A stretch of 63,040 nt of DNA, counting the filler, from Reclinomonas americana ATCC 50394 (taxonomy: Eukaryota): assembly GCA_048213135.1 (NCBI GenBank). It is 14 parts of 14 records of this genome, joined end to end, with 100 filler letters (N's around TTAATTAATTAA, not from the genome) between each part and the next. Parts side by side here need not be neighbours in the genome. Positions count along the whole stretch, not along the records: positions 10,013 to 15,322 come from AFZH01022685.1; positions 15,423 to 18,585 come from AFZH01022689.1; positions 18,686 to 20,091 come from AFZH01022690.1; positions 20,192 to 22,396 come from AFZH01022691.1; 10 more parts are not named here. One strand, written 5' to 3'. The position numbers and the translations under genes were made by a program. This document shows, piece after piece, positions 11,492-22,496 of the stretch; within the stretch, counting starts at the first letter, position 1, and each line of letters starts with the position of its first letter. The notes beneath the pieces were generated by a model, which did not search any database, was not told the DNA's origin, and saw nothing but the letters and a program-made list of their open reading frames with translations.

Positions 11492-13996
11492 ATGCACTTC
11501 CTCGCGCGTCTCGTCGCCTCACCTGTGCGTTTCTACGCCACCGCGTCGCCAGCGGCTGCCGCTGCGGCCGCCCACTTCAACATTGGCGAGATGTCAAGTT
11601 GAGTCACACAGAGACACAAGAAGAGATGCAGAGGCGCAGGGCAACTGACTCGTGCGCGTGCAGCCAAGCTGACGTCACCGCAAGGCCGCGAGGAGCTCGG
11701 CAAGCTCGTCAAGGCACACGCCGAACTGGCAAACTTGTTGCGTGTGCCATGCACAACACAAACACACACGCGCACGCACACTCACCGTGACAGAGATAGA
11801 GAGAGTGAGAGTTGAGAGTGAGTGAGAGTGAGAGGCAGTGAGCAGTGAGAGAGAGTGGAAGGGAGGAGAGAAAGTCGAGTTGAAGGCACTTTCATGATGC
11901 ACTCGTCACTCGCTGCACACGCGCTCAGTAACGCACGCACTGTGTACACTAGTGAGGAGTACAGAGCGGAGAAGAGAGAGGGGAGAGAGTGAGAGAGAAG
12001 AGCAGGAGAGGAGAAGAGAACACTTGACGTTATGCACTTTAGTGAAGTTGTTGTGCACGTTGCTCTCTGCTTGCACACACACACACGCACACTGCACACA
12101 AGCAAGGAGAGAGTGGAGTCAGAGAGAGGAGAGAAGAGAAGAGAAGGGGGGCAAGAGAAGAAGAGTGACTTTGTGCGTTTTGCTCGTTACGATGTGTCAC
12201 TCTCTCTGCACACACGCACATAGTAAGCACGCACACACACAGCACACACACACAGACAGAGTGCAGCGCATGATCGCATGCGCGTGCAAGAGTGAGCGCG
12301 TGTGTTGTTGGCCATGATGGCCGCGCCATCTCCCTCACACACTCTCTCTCTTTTTCCCCATCACAGGAACGCCATTCGCGACGAGTCGATTGACTTTTCG
12401 TCGTACAAGCGTCAACTGCGGACGGCGGGTTTGGCGGATTCGTTTGAGCAGGCGTACAAGCAGCTGTTGGCCGACGAGAAGTCGCTGCCGAAGCTGGCCA
12501 ATGAGTGGGAGGCGGTGACCGAGGCCAAGTTTGCGTCGCTTGTTGCGTAACAGGAGGAGGAGGGGGTAAGGGGAAGGGAAGAAAGGGGAAGGGTGATGCA
12601 TGCTGAAATGTGATTGCGGTTTCTTTCAATGCAGAAGACTGTTCTCTCTCTCTCGTCGCTTGCAGAAGTGCTTCTTCTTGCCTCCTTTCCCTGCTGCTGT
12701 GTGTTTGTATTCTCGCCTGCGATGCGAGCTTCTGTTGTCTCTTACGCTCGCAAAAGCGCTTCTTCTTCTTGCATCCTTTCCCTGCTGCTGGCGTATTGTG
12801 ATCTCCTCTGCAATGTGGAAGCTAGAGTTCTCTCTCTTCGCTTGCACTTTGTTGCGCTTCTTCTTGCCTCCCCTCCATGTTGCTGGCGTGTTGTAATCTC
12901 GCCTGCAACGCAGAAGACTTTGTGTTCTCTCTTGCAGAAGCGCTTTGCGTTTCTTCATCCCGCCTGCAACAGTTCTCTTGCCGCTTGCAGAGGTGCTTCT
13001 TCTTCTTGCCTCCCTTCCATGCTGCTGGCTTGTTGTGATCTCGTTTGCAATGAGGAAGCTGGTGTTCTCTCTCGTCGCTTGCACTTTGTTGCGCTTCTTC
13101 TGCTTGCCTCCTTTCCATGCTATTGGCGTGTTGTGATCTCGTCTGCAATGTGGAAGCTGGTGTTCTCTCTCGTCGCTTGCACTTTGTTGCGCTTCTTTAA
13201 TTGCCTCTCTTCCATGCTTATATTGTTCTCGGAGTGCAGTGATCTCTTTGCTGTCTTCTTCTTCTCTCCTTTGACGCTGGCGTGTGTGTGATTGCACTTC
13301 CATTTGCAACATCAATTCTTCTTCTTTCTTAGTTCTGTACGGGCGATGTGGCAGTCTGCGTTCGCTTCGTTGTCTTGTTGTTTTGAATTGTTGGGTTTTT
13401 CGCACATTTCGTGCTCCTCTGTCTCTTTGCTGCCTTGTGGATCGAAGAGAGTGGCGAGGTAAAAAGTTCAAGCGAGTACGTCAGGCAACTGTGGCAGGTT
13501 TGAGAGATTGTGCTGTACTAATGTTTGCGAGAGTGATGCTTCAACTTGCCTCCTTTTTCTCGCGTGTGGGATCATTTCGTCTACCTCTCGACAACACTCT
13601 TCACATCACAGAGTTTTCTTTGCCGTCGTGCTTCTGATGTTCGCGCGCTCTCCGTGCTCATGATCTTGTTCGTTTGCTTCTCATCCACTCCTTCACGTTC
13701 CCTTCCCATCCTCGCTCTCTCTCGTGTCCCTTTCCATTCACCACTCCCTCCTCCTCCCCTCTTTCTCCCCCTCCCGACAGACCCAAGCAGCCCGCGCACA
13801 AGTGGAGACCTCCCAGGCACGACTGAACGCCATCCGCTCCGAGCTCGACGCCCTGCGCAACCGCAAGCCGATCAACCAGGTCACCGTCAACGAGTTGCTG
13901 GCGCAGAACCCGAGCATTGCCAGCCACATCGAGTCGGAAATCGACCAGGAAATCTGGGAGTCGGCCGTGGCCGAGGAGCAGGAGGCGCACCACTAA
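11492..13996 (+). CDS. ATP7: Mitochondrial ATP synthase subunit d
   Basis: Exons 11492-11597, 11664-11736, 12367-12541 and 13781-13996. Presequence-like MHFLARLVASPVRFYAT. IDFSSYKRQL..DSFEQAYK and RKPINQVTVNELLAQNP..EIDQEIW match subunit d motifs. Confidence 0.85.
12625..13215. repeat. Intronic minisatellite in ATP synthase d intron 3
   Basis: Repeated TGTGATCTC..TGCAATG.GGAAGCT.G.GTTCTCTCT..TCGCTTGCACTTTGTTGCGCTTCTT and CTTCTTGCCTCC blocks. Confidence 0.85.
13397..13505 (+). repeat. Dispersed ~120 bp repeat, copy 2
   Basis: Near-identical to 10495-10612. Confidence 0.9.
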
Positions 13997-15145
13997 GCGC
14001 GCTCTTTTCATTTTTCCCTCCCCCTCCCATTTCCATTCTTCCCGTGTTACGACGGGAAAGTAGCACAGGCACCCTCTGTGCACCCCCTCTTCTGTTGTTG
14101 TTGTGATGATTGGTGAAAAGGCCAACATAATGGCAGTGTGGTTGGGAGGGGAAGGGAGAGTAACAGGGAAAGGCAGAGGAGAGGAGAGGGAGAGGGAGGG
14201 AGGATAAGGGGAGGAGGAGGAGAGGGGAGGAGGGGGAGAGGAGAGGAGAGGAGAGGGGAGGAGAAGAGAGGAGAGGAGGGAGAGGAGGAGCGAGAGGAGA
14301 GGAGAGGACAGGAGAGGATAGGAGAGGAGAGGAGAGGAGTGGAAGGAGAGGAGAAGAGAGGATAGGAGAGGAGAGGAGTGGAAGGAGAGGAGAGGAGGGG
14401 AGAGAAGGGGAGAGGAGAAAAGAGAAGAGGAGAGGGAGAGGAGAGAGAGAAAAGAGACACTTAGTGGGTGAAGGAGAGAGGCACAGAGAGAGAAGGAGGA
14501 GCGAGAGCGCGAGAGATTTGAGGCCGAGGAGAGAGAAAGAGAAAGAGAGGGGGAAAGCAAGAGGAAGAGGGACGGATGAGGAGAGTGGGGGAAAGCAAGA
14601 AGAAGAGGGGAAAGAGAAAAGGAGAGACAGGAAAGAGAGAAAACAGAAGAGGGCGTTTAGTTGGAAATGGAAAGGTAGATGCGAGGGAAAGGGAAAAGCG
14701 TTGGGATGTAGACTGAGAAAAAAGGGAGAAAACAAGAGGGCAATGAAAGGGCGAAAAGCGCAGGATACGAGTGCAGCACCGCGTTGCGCTGAGCGAAGAG
14801 ACCGCCAGCTGCATGCATCCTCGCAAGGAGAAATCGATCGCGTCGGAGACAACTGCACGACATGCAATTGCAAACTCAATGCACGCTCTCGAATCACACC
14901 GCGCACACACGCACTGCACCAGTCGCACAAAAACGGCGACAAGAGGCCAAGAGGCAAAGATGCTCGGAGATGACCAAGCAATCATGACAAGTGTACAACG
15001 TCGGAGTTGGTGACAATCCATCTGTCCGTTATCGCTTACCACCACCGACACAAAACTTTCATCGAGACGCGCGCAGCAGCTCTCTGTTATCCCCCAAGAC
15101 ACACACACCCCCTCTTTATAAAAACACAAGTTATCCTCAACAATT

Positions 15146-15322
15146 ATGGCCTCCTCATCATCGACCCCCTTTGTGCGCGTGGAGAGTGCGAATTGCCAAG
15201 TTGCGTGTGATGATGATCGGGCCATGTCGCCTCTCACTCACTCTCGCTCTCTTGTGTGCAGTACACGGAGTCGACCATTGAGTCGACCTTCCAGTACCAC
15301 ACGACGCGCGTGGTGGAGACGG
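15146..15322 (+). CDS. INO1: Inositol-3-phosphate synthase (MIPS), N-terminal fragment
   Basis: Exons 15146-15199 and 15262-15322 give ...FVRVESANCQ|YTESTIESTFQYHTTRVVET, matching the MIPS N-terminus ([24 protein letters not shown]). Confidence 0.8.
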
Positions 15323-15422
15323 NNNNNNNNNNNNNNNNNNNNNNNNNNNNNNNNNNNNNNNNNNNNTTAATTAATTAANNNNNNNNNNNNNNNNNNNNNN
15401 NNNNNNNNNNNNNNNNNNNNNN

Positions 15423-15477
15423 TGACGCCGAGATCGAGCGAGGCCACTCTCGGCGAGGCGGTGGTCGTCACAGTCAT
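15423..15477 (-). CDS. Probable glycoside hydrolase family 15 (trehalase-like), N-terminal fragment, bacterial
   Basis: MTVTTTASPRVASLDLGV resembles the GH15 start (LDLGVIGN) and lies immediately downstream of otsB. Confidence 0.45.
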
Positions 15478-15491
15478 GCCTGTCCCTGAAG

Positions 15492-16289
15492 TCAGCTCTG
15501 GAGAAAAGATTCGAGCGTGAGGTCGCCGCCCTCGGCGGCCGCGAGAAGCACATGGCGCAGCGCCGTCGGCGAGGCCAGGCGATGGCGGGCGCAGGTCTCG
15601 CCGTCGCCGATCCGAATCGACAGGCCATCTGTCGCGTTGACCGCGGCGAAGCCATCCTCGTCGGTGATGTCGTCGCCGATGAACACCGGCGTACGGCCGG
15701 CATATCCATCCTGCTGCAACAACCAATTGATCGCACCGCCTTTGCTAGCGGTCGCCGGCACCAGCTCGGCAACGGCCTTGCCACGCTGCAGGCGCATGGA
15801 GGGGCCGATCTCGGCAGCGACCTCCTCCATCAGCGCCAGCGCCTCGTCGGCGAGCGACGGCGCCAGTCGCCAGTGCAGCGCTACGGACTGGCGCTTGTCC
15901 TCGACGATGACGCCGACATGGCTGTTGGCGAAGCGGACCATTTTTCGCGTCGCGGCGTGCAGCGCTTCCGAAGGCGCCGCGAGCGGAGCATCGGCACCGC
16001 CGAGCCGGATCTGGGCCCCGTGCAGGCCGGCAGCGTCGAACCGGTATGGCGCCATCATCTCGTCGAGCAAAGCGACGGGCCGCCCGGAGACCAGAGCGAG
16101 CGCGCCGCCGAGCCGCTGGCGCAGCGCGTCCAGTGCGCCCGGCAGGCGCCGGTCAATCTTCACATCCTCCGGCGAGGGTGCGATCTCGACCAGCGTTCCG
16201 TCGAAATCCAGGAACAAGGCGATCTGCCCGGTCAGAGCAGCAGCTTTTGCGGGAGGCTCGGCTATTTCGGGGCTCAGCATCTGTGACAT
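15492..16289 (-). CDS. otsB: Trehalose-6-phosphate phosphatase
   Basis: HAD motifs ALFLDFDGTL, ALVSGR, SKGGAI and FIGDDITDEDGF. Confidence 0.95.
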   Translation of the reverse strand: MSQMLSPEIAEPPAKAAALTGQIALFLDFDGTLVEIAPSPEDVKIDRRLPGALDALRQRLGGALALVSGRPVALLDEMMAPYRFDAAGLHGAQIRLGGADAPLAAPSEALHAATRKMVRFANSHVGVIVEDKRQSVALHWRLAPSLADEALALMEEVAAEIGPSMRLQRGKAVAELVPATASKGGAINWLLQQDGYAGRTPVFIGDDITDEDGFAAVNATDGLSIRIGDGETCARHRLASPTALRHVLLAAAEGGDLTLESFLQS

Positions 16290-16503
16290 GGCGGTCTGGT
16301 TAAAAGGCGAAACGGGCGAAAGGACGACAGGCCGTCCCCTCATCGCCACACTCAAGGTTCAGTTTGGCACGAGGTCGCCATGATCCGGTCACGGCGGCGA
16401 CGCGATCCGGCTCGGGAAGCCGGCCTGCACACGAAACATTACGCCTGCCCGCGCGTTCTGTTCCCGCGCCGTTGTGGCAAGCGTCAGCAAAAAGTGAGGC
16501 ATC

Positions 16504-18177
16504 ATGCGTCTTGTCGTCGTGTCCAACCGCGTCACCATGCCCGAGCGGGGCGAAAAGGTGGCGGCAGGTGGCCTGGCGGTCGCGCTGCGTTCGGCGCTCG
16601 AACAGCATGGTGGCCTCTGGTTCGGGTGGAGCGGCGCGATCAGCAGCGAGCCCGCGGCGACGATGGAACCCGTCAAGCACGGCAAGGTCAGCTACGCCGT
16701 CACCGACCTGACCGAGGCCGAGCGCCAGAGCTATTATCTCGGCTTCGCCAACCGGGCGCTCTGGCCGCTCATGCATTACCGGCTCGGCCTGACCGAGTTC
16801 ACCCGCGCCGACTATGCCGGCTATCTCGGCGTCAACCGCCGCTTCGCCCGGCTGCTGATCCCGCTGCTGAAGCCCGACGACATCATCTGGATCCATGACT
16901 ACCATCTGATCCCGCTCGCGGCCGAATTGCGCCGGCGTGGCGTCACCAACCGGATCGGCTACTTCCATCACATCCCCTGGCCGCCGGCCGAAGTGTTCGG
17001 TTCGCTACCCTTTTCCTCGACGCTGATCAGCACGATGACCGCCTATGACCTCATCGGCCTTCAGACCCAGAACGACGTCGCCAACCTGATCGGCGGGCTG
17101 GTCGCGCTTTCCGGCGCACGCCGCGAGGGCAACCGGGTCAGGACCGGCCAGCGCGAGGCGGTGGTGCAGGCCTTTCCGATCGGCATCGACGTCGAGGGCT
17201 TCCGCAAGCTCGCCCAGGCTTCGGTCCGGGTAGCGACGCAGCCAGTCCGGGCGACGACAGCGCCGCTCGGCAGCCGCAAGCTGGTGATCGGAGTCGATCG
17301 GCTCGACTATTCCAAGGGCATCGTCCAACGGCTCGAAGCCTTCGGCACCTTCCTGCGCAACCATCCCGAACATCGCGGCGAGGTCGGCCTGCTGCAGATC
17401 GCGCCCCCGTCGCGCAGCGACGTGCCCGAATATGCCGAGCTCGACCGCATGTCGGACGAGGTCGCCGGCCGGCTCAACGCCGCGCTCGGCGAGTTCGACT
17501 GGACGCCCATCCGCGTGGTGAAGAAGGCCTATTCGCGCAGCGCCCTCGCCGGCCTCTATCGGCGCGCGCAGGTCGGACTGGTGACGCCGATGCGCGACGG
17601 CATGAACCTCGTCGCCAAGGAATATGTCGCAGCACAGAATCCCGAGGATCCCGGCGTCCTGGTCCTGTCACGCTTCGCCGGCGCGGCACAGCAGCTTGGC
17701 GAGGCGCTGATCGTCAATCCGTTCGACACCCATGAGGTGGCCGAGGCGATCAGGACCGCGCTGGCGATGCCGTTATCGGAGCGACGGCGCCGCTTCGAGC
17801 GGCTCTATGCGACGATCTCGTCCACGGACATCGACTGGTGGACGTCGCGCTACCTTGCCGCACTCTCCGGCCTCGATATCCCCAGCGGCGACATCGTGCC
17901 GCCGGGCGGCCCAAAGCACTTCGCACCACACGCAAATCGGGCGCCAATACCAATTCCGCACGCGCAAATACGCCTCCTCCTCCCGCCCGCGCAGCGCACG
18001 GCAAGGGCGGTTCAACACGCGCCAAGGCCTTGCCGAACGCTCCCTCAGCTGGCTAGAAGCGGCGCGCCAGGGGGTGGTGCACCCCAGCTTGCGCTTGCGA
18101 CTCAGTGGTTGCGGTGTCAGGTCTGCTGGGGGTATTCGGCTGACATGGCCGTGGAGGCGGGCGGAGGGCTTTCTTGA
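16504..18177 (+). CDS. otsA: Trehalose-6-phosphate synthase (GT20), with an atypical ~90-aa C-terminal tail
   Basis: MRLVVVSNRV, AGGLAVAL, WIHDYHL, GVDRLDYSKG, RDGMNLVAKEY and LVLSRFAGAA. Confidence 0.95.
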   Translation: MRLVVVSNRVTMPERGEKVAAGGLAVALRSALEQHGGLWFGWSGAISSEPAATMEPVKHGKVSYAVTDLTEAERQSYYLGFANRALWPLMHYRLGLTEFTRADYAGYLGVNRRFARLLIPLLKPDDIIWIHDYHLIPLAAELRRRGVTNRIGYFHHIPWPPAEVFGSLPFSSTLISTMTAYDLIGLQTQNDVANLIGGLVALSGARREGNRVRTGQREAVVQAFPIGIDVEGFRKLAQASVRVATQPVRATTAPLGSRKLVIGVDRLDYSKGIVQRLEAFGTFLRNHPEHRGEVGLLQIAPPSRSDVPEYAELDRMSDEVAGRLNAALGEFDWTPIRVVKKAYSRSALAGLYRRAQVGLVTPMRDGMNLVAKEYVAAQNPEDPGVLVLSRFAGAAQQLGEALIVNPFDTHEVAEAIRTALAMPLSERRRRFERLYATISSTDIDWWTSRYLAALSGLDIPSGDIVPPGGPKHFAPHANRAPIPIPHAQIRLLLPPAQRTARAVQHAPRPCRTLPQLARSGAPGGGAPQLALATQWLRCQVCWGYSADMAVEAGGGLS

Positions 18178-18585
18178 TGCGAGGCGCACTCGGGGGATCG
18201 GGCGTGCTGCTACGCCGTCTCCGCGAGGTGATGGCGGCGCCGGTCAGTCCGCAGGAGCGGCTCGACAGGCTCGTCGTCCTGATCGCCAGCAACCTCGTGG
18301 CCGAGGTCTGCTCGGTCTATGTCCTGCGCGAAGACGGCTCGCTCGAACTCTACGCGACCGAAGGCCTCAACCGCGAAGCGGTCCACCTCACCACCATGCG
18401 TGCCGGCGAGGGCCTGGTCGGCCTGATCGCCAGCGAGGCCGAGCCGCTCGCGCTCTCCGACGCGCAATCGCATCCAGCCTTCTCCTATCGACCGGAAACC
18501 GGCGAAGAGGTCTACCGCTCCTTCCTTGGCGTGCCGATCCTGCGCGGCGGCGCGGTGATGGGCGTGCTCGTCGTGCAGAACCGGG
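18177..18585 (+). CDS. ptsP: PTS(Ntr) enzyme I, N-terminal GAF domain (partial)
   Basis: LLRRLREVMA...AEVCSVY...LELYATEGLN...GEGLVG...YRPETGEE..SFLGVPILR. GGAGG RBS at 18163-18167. Confidence 0.93.
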
Positions 18586-18685
18586 NNNNNNNNNNNNNNN
18601 NNNNNNNNNNNNNNNNNNNNNNNNNNNNNTTAATTAATTAANNNNNNNNNNNNNNNNNNNNNNNNNNNNNNNNNNNNNNNNNNNN

Positions 18686-19215
18686 TTGCCGCGCGCCGGC
18701 ATGACGAGTTGCGCCTGCTTGACCTTGGTACCGGGACGGGCTGCCTCCTGATCGCGACCTTGCGCGAGTTTCCGCGAGCGAGCGGGCTCGGGATCGACCT
18801 GTCGCCCGATGCAGTTGCGACCGCGACCGGCAACGCCGCCCGTAACGGCGTCAGCGCGCGCGCGGCCTTCCATGAGGGCGACTGGACCGCCGGGATAAAC
18901 GAGCGTTTCGACCTCATCCTGTCGAACCCGCCCTATATCGGCAGCGCCGAGATCGCCCATCTCGACAAGAATGTACGCGAGCATGACCCGCTGCTCGCCC
19001 TCGATGGCGGGCCGGACGGACTGGATGCCTATCGCGCCCTCGCCGCCGGCCTGCCCGGGCATCTGAAGCCCGGCGGCCTCGCCATCCTGGAGATCGGCGC
19101 CGGCCAGGAAGAGGCGGTCGTCGCGTTGATGCGACAGGCGGGCCTACGCCATCTCGACTCCCGGCGCGATCTCGGCGGCCATATTCGCGCCCTCGTCTTC
19201 AGGCATGTTCCCTGA
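18686..19215 (+). CDS. prmC: Release factor glutamine methyltransferase (5'-partial)
   Basis: LLDLGTGTGC, FDLILSNPPYI, ALDGGPDGLDAYR, LEIG and DLGG. Confidence 0.95.
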
Positions 19216-19583
19216 CCAATGCACAGCAAGCTGCGCGAATTTGCTTGGAAGAAGCGGCAAAACCAGCTATGCACGCATGGTCTTGAAGACAGTGTCGACA
19301 GCATATAACCTTTGGCCAGGTTCCGCAGAGCGGGCCGAACCCTCGGATCACTGCCAGAATCGACGTTACTGACATAGCGAGACCGAGGCTCCGAGCGCGC
19401 GAGACAGCCGTTCGGAGAGGGAGCCGGTAAGGCTCCATTGGAAAGAGCGCGTGAAGACCCATACCGGCGCAGAGCCCTTTCAGGTCGACCTTCCCAAGCG
19501 CGGCGCCGCAACCCGCCGCGCTATACGACGTGCATGACGACCTCAAGGTTGCTTCGAATGAACACAACGCGAGACAGACGCGA

Positions 19584-20091
19584 ATGAGACCAGGTCAGAA
19601 CCGGCGCATGCGCGGCCGCAACAACAATAACAACAACAATAATGGCAACCGGAAATCTCCGAACCCGCTGCAGCGGAGCTACGAGTCGAATGGTCCGGAC
19701 GTCAAGGTCCGCGGCACGGCGCAACATGTCGCCGAGAAGTACCTGCAGCTCGCTCGCGACGCCCAGTCCTCGGGCGACCCGGTAGCGGCTGAGAACTACT
19801 TCCAGCACGCCGAGCATTATTATCGCATCCTGCTCGCGGCGCAGGAGCAGATGACCCAGCAGTTCGGGCATACCTTCCAGCCGAATCGCGCCTTCGTCGA
19901 AGATGCCGACGAGCTCGAGGAGGAGGGCGAGGAAGAAGCCGGCTTCCAGGGCGGCCAGCCGCAAGGCGAACACCAGCACAACGGCATGAACGGCCATGGT
20001 GCCCAGCGAGAGGACGGCGAAGGCGGCGGCCAGAACAACGGCCAGCGCTTCGACAGGCCACCTCGCCAGGACCGGCAGGAACGCAATTTCG
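19584..20091 (+). CDS. DUF4167 domain protein (3'-partial)
   Basis: RSYESNGPDVKVRGTAQHVAEKYLQLARDA..GDPVAAENYFQHAEHYYR, in its typical position after prmC in Alphaproteobacteria. Confidence 0.9.
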
Positions 20092-20191
20092 NNNNNNNNN
20101 NNNNNNNNNNNNNNNNNNNNNNNNNNNNNNNNNNNTTAATTAATTAANNNNNNNNNNNNNNNNNNNNNNNNNNNNNNNNNNNNNNNNNNNN

Positions 20192-21297
20192 CCACCGCGA
20201 TCATGGCGCTCGGCCATGGCAACCTCATCGGCGCGTTGCTCTCCCGGCCCGGCCTCACCGTGCCGGGAGATGCCCTCTTTTTCGCTTGCGTCCTCCTCCA
20301 GCTCGGCCTGCTGCTCTGGATCATCCGGCATCAGAGCCGGACGCTTGAGGCCGCGGGAGACATGGCCAACGAGGCGCGCCGCGACGCCACGGCTCAAGCC
20401 GAGGAATTGCATCAGGCGCAGCTGCGTGACATGGCGCGCGAGGCGGCTCGCCGCAAGACCACTCAGGACATCGTCGCCGGCTTCAACACGCAGTTCGTCG
20501 CGACGCTCGACACGGTCCTGCAGGACATCCGAGACCTGAGGGGTCGTGCCGCCTCGCTGAACGAGATCGCCGACATCGCCAATGGCGAGGTCACCGCCGT
20601 GGCCTCGACCTCGGAAGAATCCTCGCGCAATGTCGCGGATGTCGCCACCGCGACCGAACAGCTCTCGACCGCGATCACCGCGATCGATCGCCAGCTCGCC
20701 ACCTCACAGGCGCTGGTCGCAGAAATGAACGGCTGCGCCCGTACCACCGCTGGCTCGGTCGACGTGCTCGACCAATCCGTGCAGCGCATCGACGGTATCG
20801 TCGCCCTGATCCGCGGTATCGCCGAGCAGACCAATCTCCTGGCGCTCAACGCGACGATCGAGGCGGCGCGCGCCGGGGATGCCGGCAAGGGCTTCGCGGT
20901 CGTCGCCGCCGAGGTAAAGAGCCTGTCGCACCAGACCGCGCTCGCGACTCAGGACATCGCCGGCCAGATCGCCGAGATCAAGCAGGCGACCTCCGGCGTG
21001 GTCGAGACGATCGCAAGGCTGACCGCCGGCATGGCCGACATGGACGAACGCACGATCTCGATCGCGGCAGCGCTGGAGGAACAGGGCCAGATGACCCATG
21101 TCATCAGCCGCAGCATCGCCGAGGTCGCGACCGGCACGGAGTATCTGGCGCAGACCACCAACAACATCCGCGGCTCGGCCAACCAGACCCATGAGGTCGC
21201 AAGCGCCGTGCTCGCCTCGACCACCGCCCTCGAGGGCAAGGCCGAAGAGCTCGAGAGCGCCGTTCACCAGTTCCTGCAGCGCGTCTCGGCGGCCTGA
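20192..21297 (+). CDS. Methyl-accepting chemotaxis protein (5'-partial)
   Basis: TM helix followed by the [36 protein letters not shown] hairpin signature. Confidence 0.95.
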
Positions 21298-21327
21298 GGA
21301 AACCGACGTTCCGCCTCGGCGCGGCGA

Positions 21328-22396
21328 CTAGGCGGCGACCTCGCGCGCATTGGCGCCGAGATAGGCGATGGCAGCCGCGACACCGCCTTCGCCATGCGGG
21401 ATGCCCTTCGCCTGCAGCGCCATTTCGACCGCGCTCAGGCTGCCCAGCACCATCGGCGCGTTGACATGGCCCATATGGGCGATGCGAAAGGCCTTGCCGG
21501 TGAGATCGCCGATGGCGAGGCCGAGCGTCACGCCGCAGACCTCTCGCGCATAATCGGTGACTTCAGCCGGATCGCCGTCGACCAGGATGGTCGTGACCGA
21601 CGGGGCGCGCTGCGACGGCTCGACGACGTTGAAGCTCAGCGCCTGGCCCTCCGCCCATTTCGACATCGCCGCCTGCGTCGCAGCCGCCAGCAAAGCGTGG
21701 CGCTGCCAGACGGCTTCGAGGCGCTCGGCGAGGATCATGTCGAGCGCGGCACGCAGGCCGAACATCAGGTGCTCCGGCGGCGTGCCGCAATGCTTCATGT
21801 AGAGCAGCGGGTCCATGCGCGCGGTCCAGTCCCAATAGGGCGTGCGCATCGTCGCCTGCCGGTGCGCATGCAGCGCCTTGCCATTGGCCGCGACGAAGGC
21901 GAGCCCGGCGGGGTCATCAGCCCCTTCTGCGAGGCCGACATCGCGACGTCGACACCGAAGGCGTCCATGTCGAACGGCATGCAGCCAAGCGCGGCGACGC
22001 CATCGACCATGTACAGCGCCGGATGGCTGGCGGCATCGATGGCGCGTCGGATCGCCTGGATGTCGTTGACCACGCCCGAGGCGGTGTCGATCTGGACCGT
22101 CAGCACAGCCTTGATCGCGTGATCCCTGTCCTGCCGCAAGCGCTCTTCCACTGCTGCCGGATCGACAGCCGCGCGCCAGGAACCCGCGAGCACCTCGACA
22201 TCGGCGCCCATGAAGCGGGCCATCTCGCCCCAGCCGATGGCGAAGCGGCCGCTGGCGAGGACCAGCACCTTGTCGCCACGCGAGAGGACATTGGTCAGCG
22301 CCGCTTCCCAGCCGGCCAGTGGCCGTTGGCGGCGTAGAGGAAGGTCTCCCCGGCGTGCGGAGACCGCCTTGAGTCGGCAGCAGGGTTTCGGTCAGG
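21328..22396 (-). CDS. Class V PLP aminotransferase (serine/alanine-glyoxylate type), 5'-partial, with apparent indel errors
   Basis: YAANGH..WEAALTN, DTASGV, VDGVAALG, SASQKGLMTPPG and FRIAHMG. The frame breaks at about 21903 and 22315. Confidence 0.9.
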
Positions 22397-22496
22397 NNNN
22401 NNNNNNNNNNNNNNNNNNNNNNNNNNNNNNNNNNNNNNNNTTAATTAATTAANNNNNNNNNNNNNNNNNNNNNNNNNNNNNNNNNNNNNNNNNNNN

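Noticed and set aside
13658..14981. Long L/S/P- or E/R-rich ORFs (also at 8548-9299, 9961-10950, 34702-36246 and 46195-46800)
   Set aside because: They are translations of GA/CT low-complexity or minisatellite DNA.
21895..22325. Frameshifts in the aminotransferase, read as a pseudogene or programmed frameshift
   Set aside because: They are small indels, one near a contig end, in a fragmentary bacterial assembly; sequencing error is the simpler explanation.
15423..22396. HGT of a trehalose operon into the eukaryote
   Set aside because: There is no physical link to host DNA, and bacterial gene order and RBS motifs are intact.
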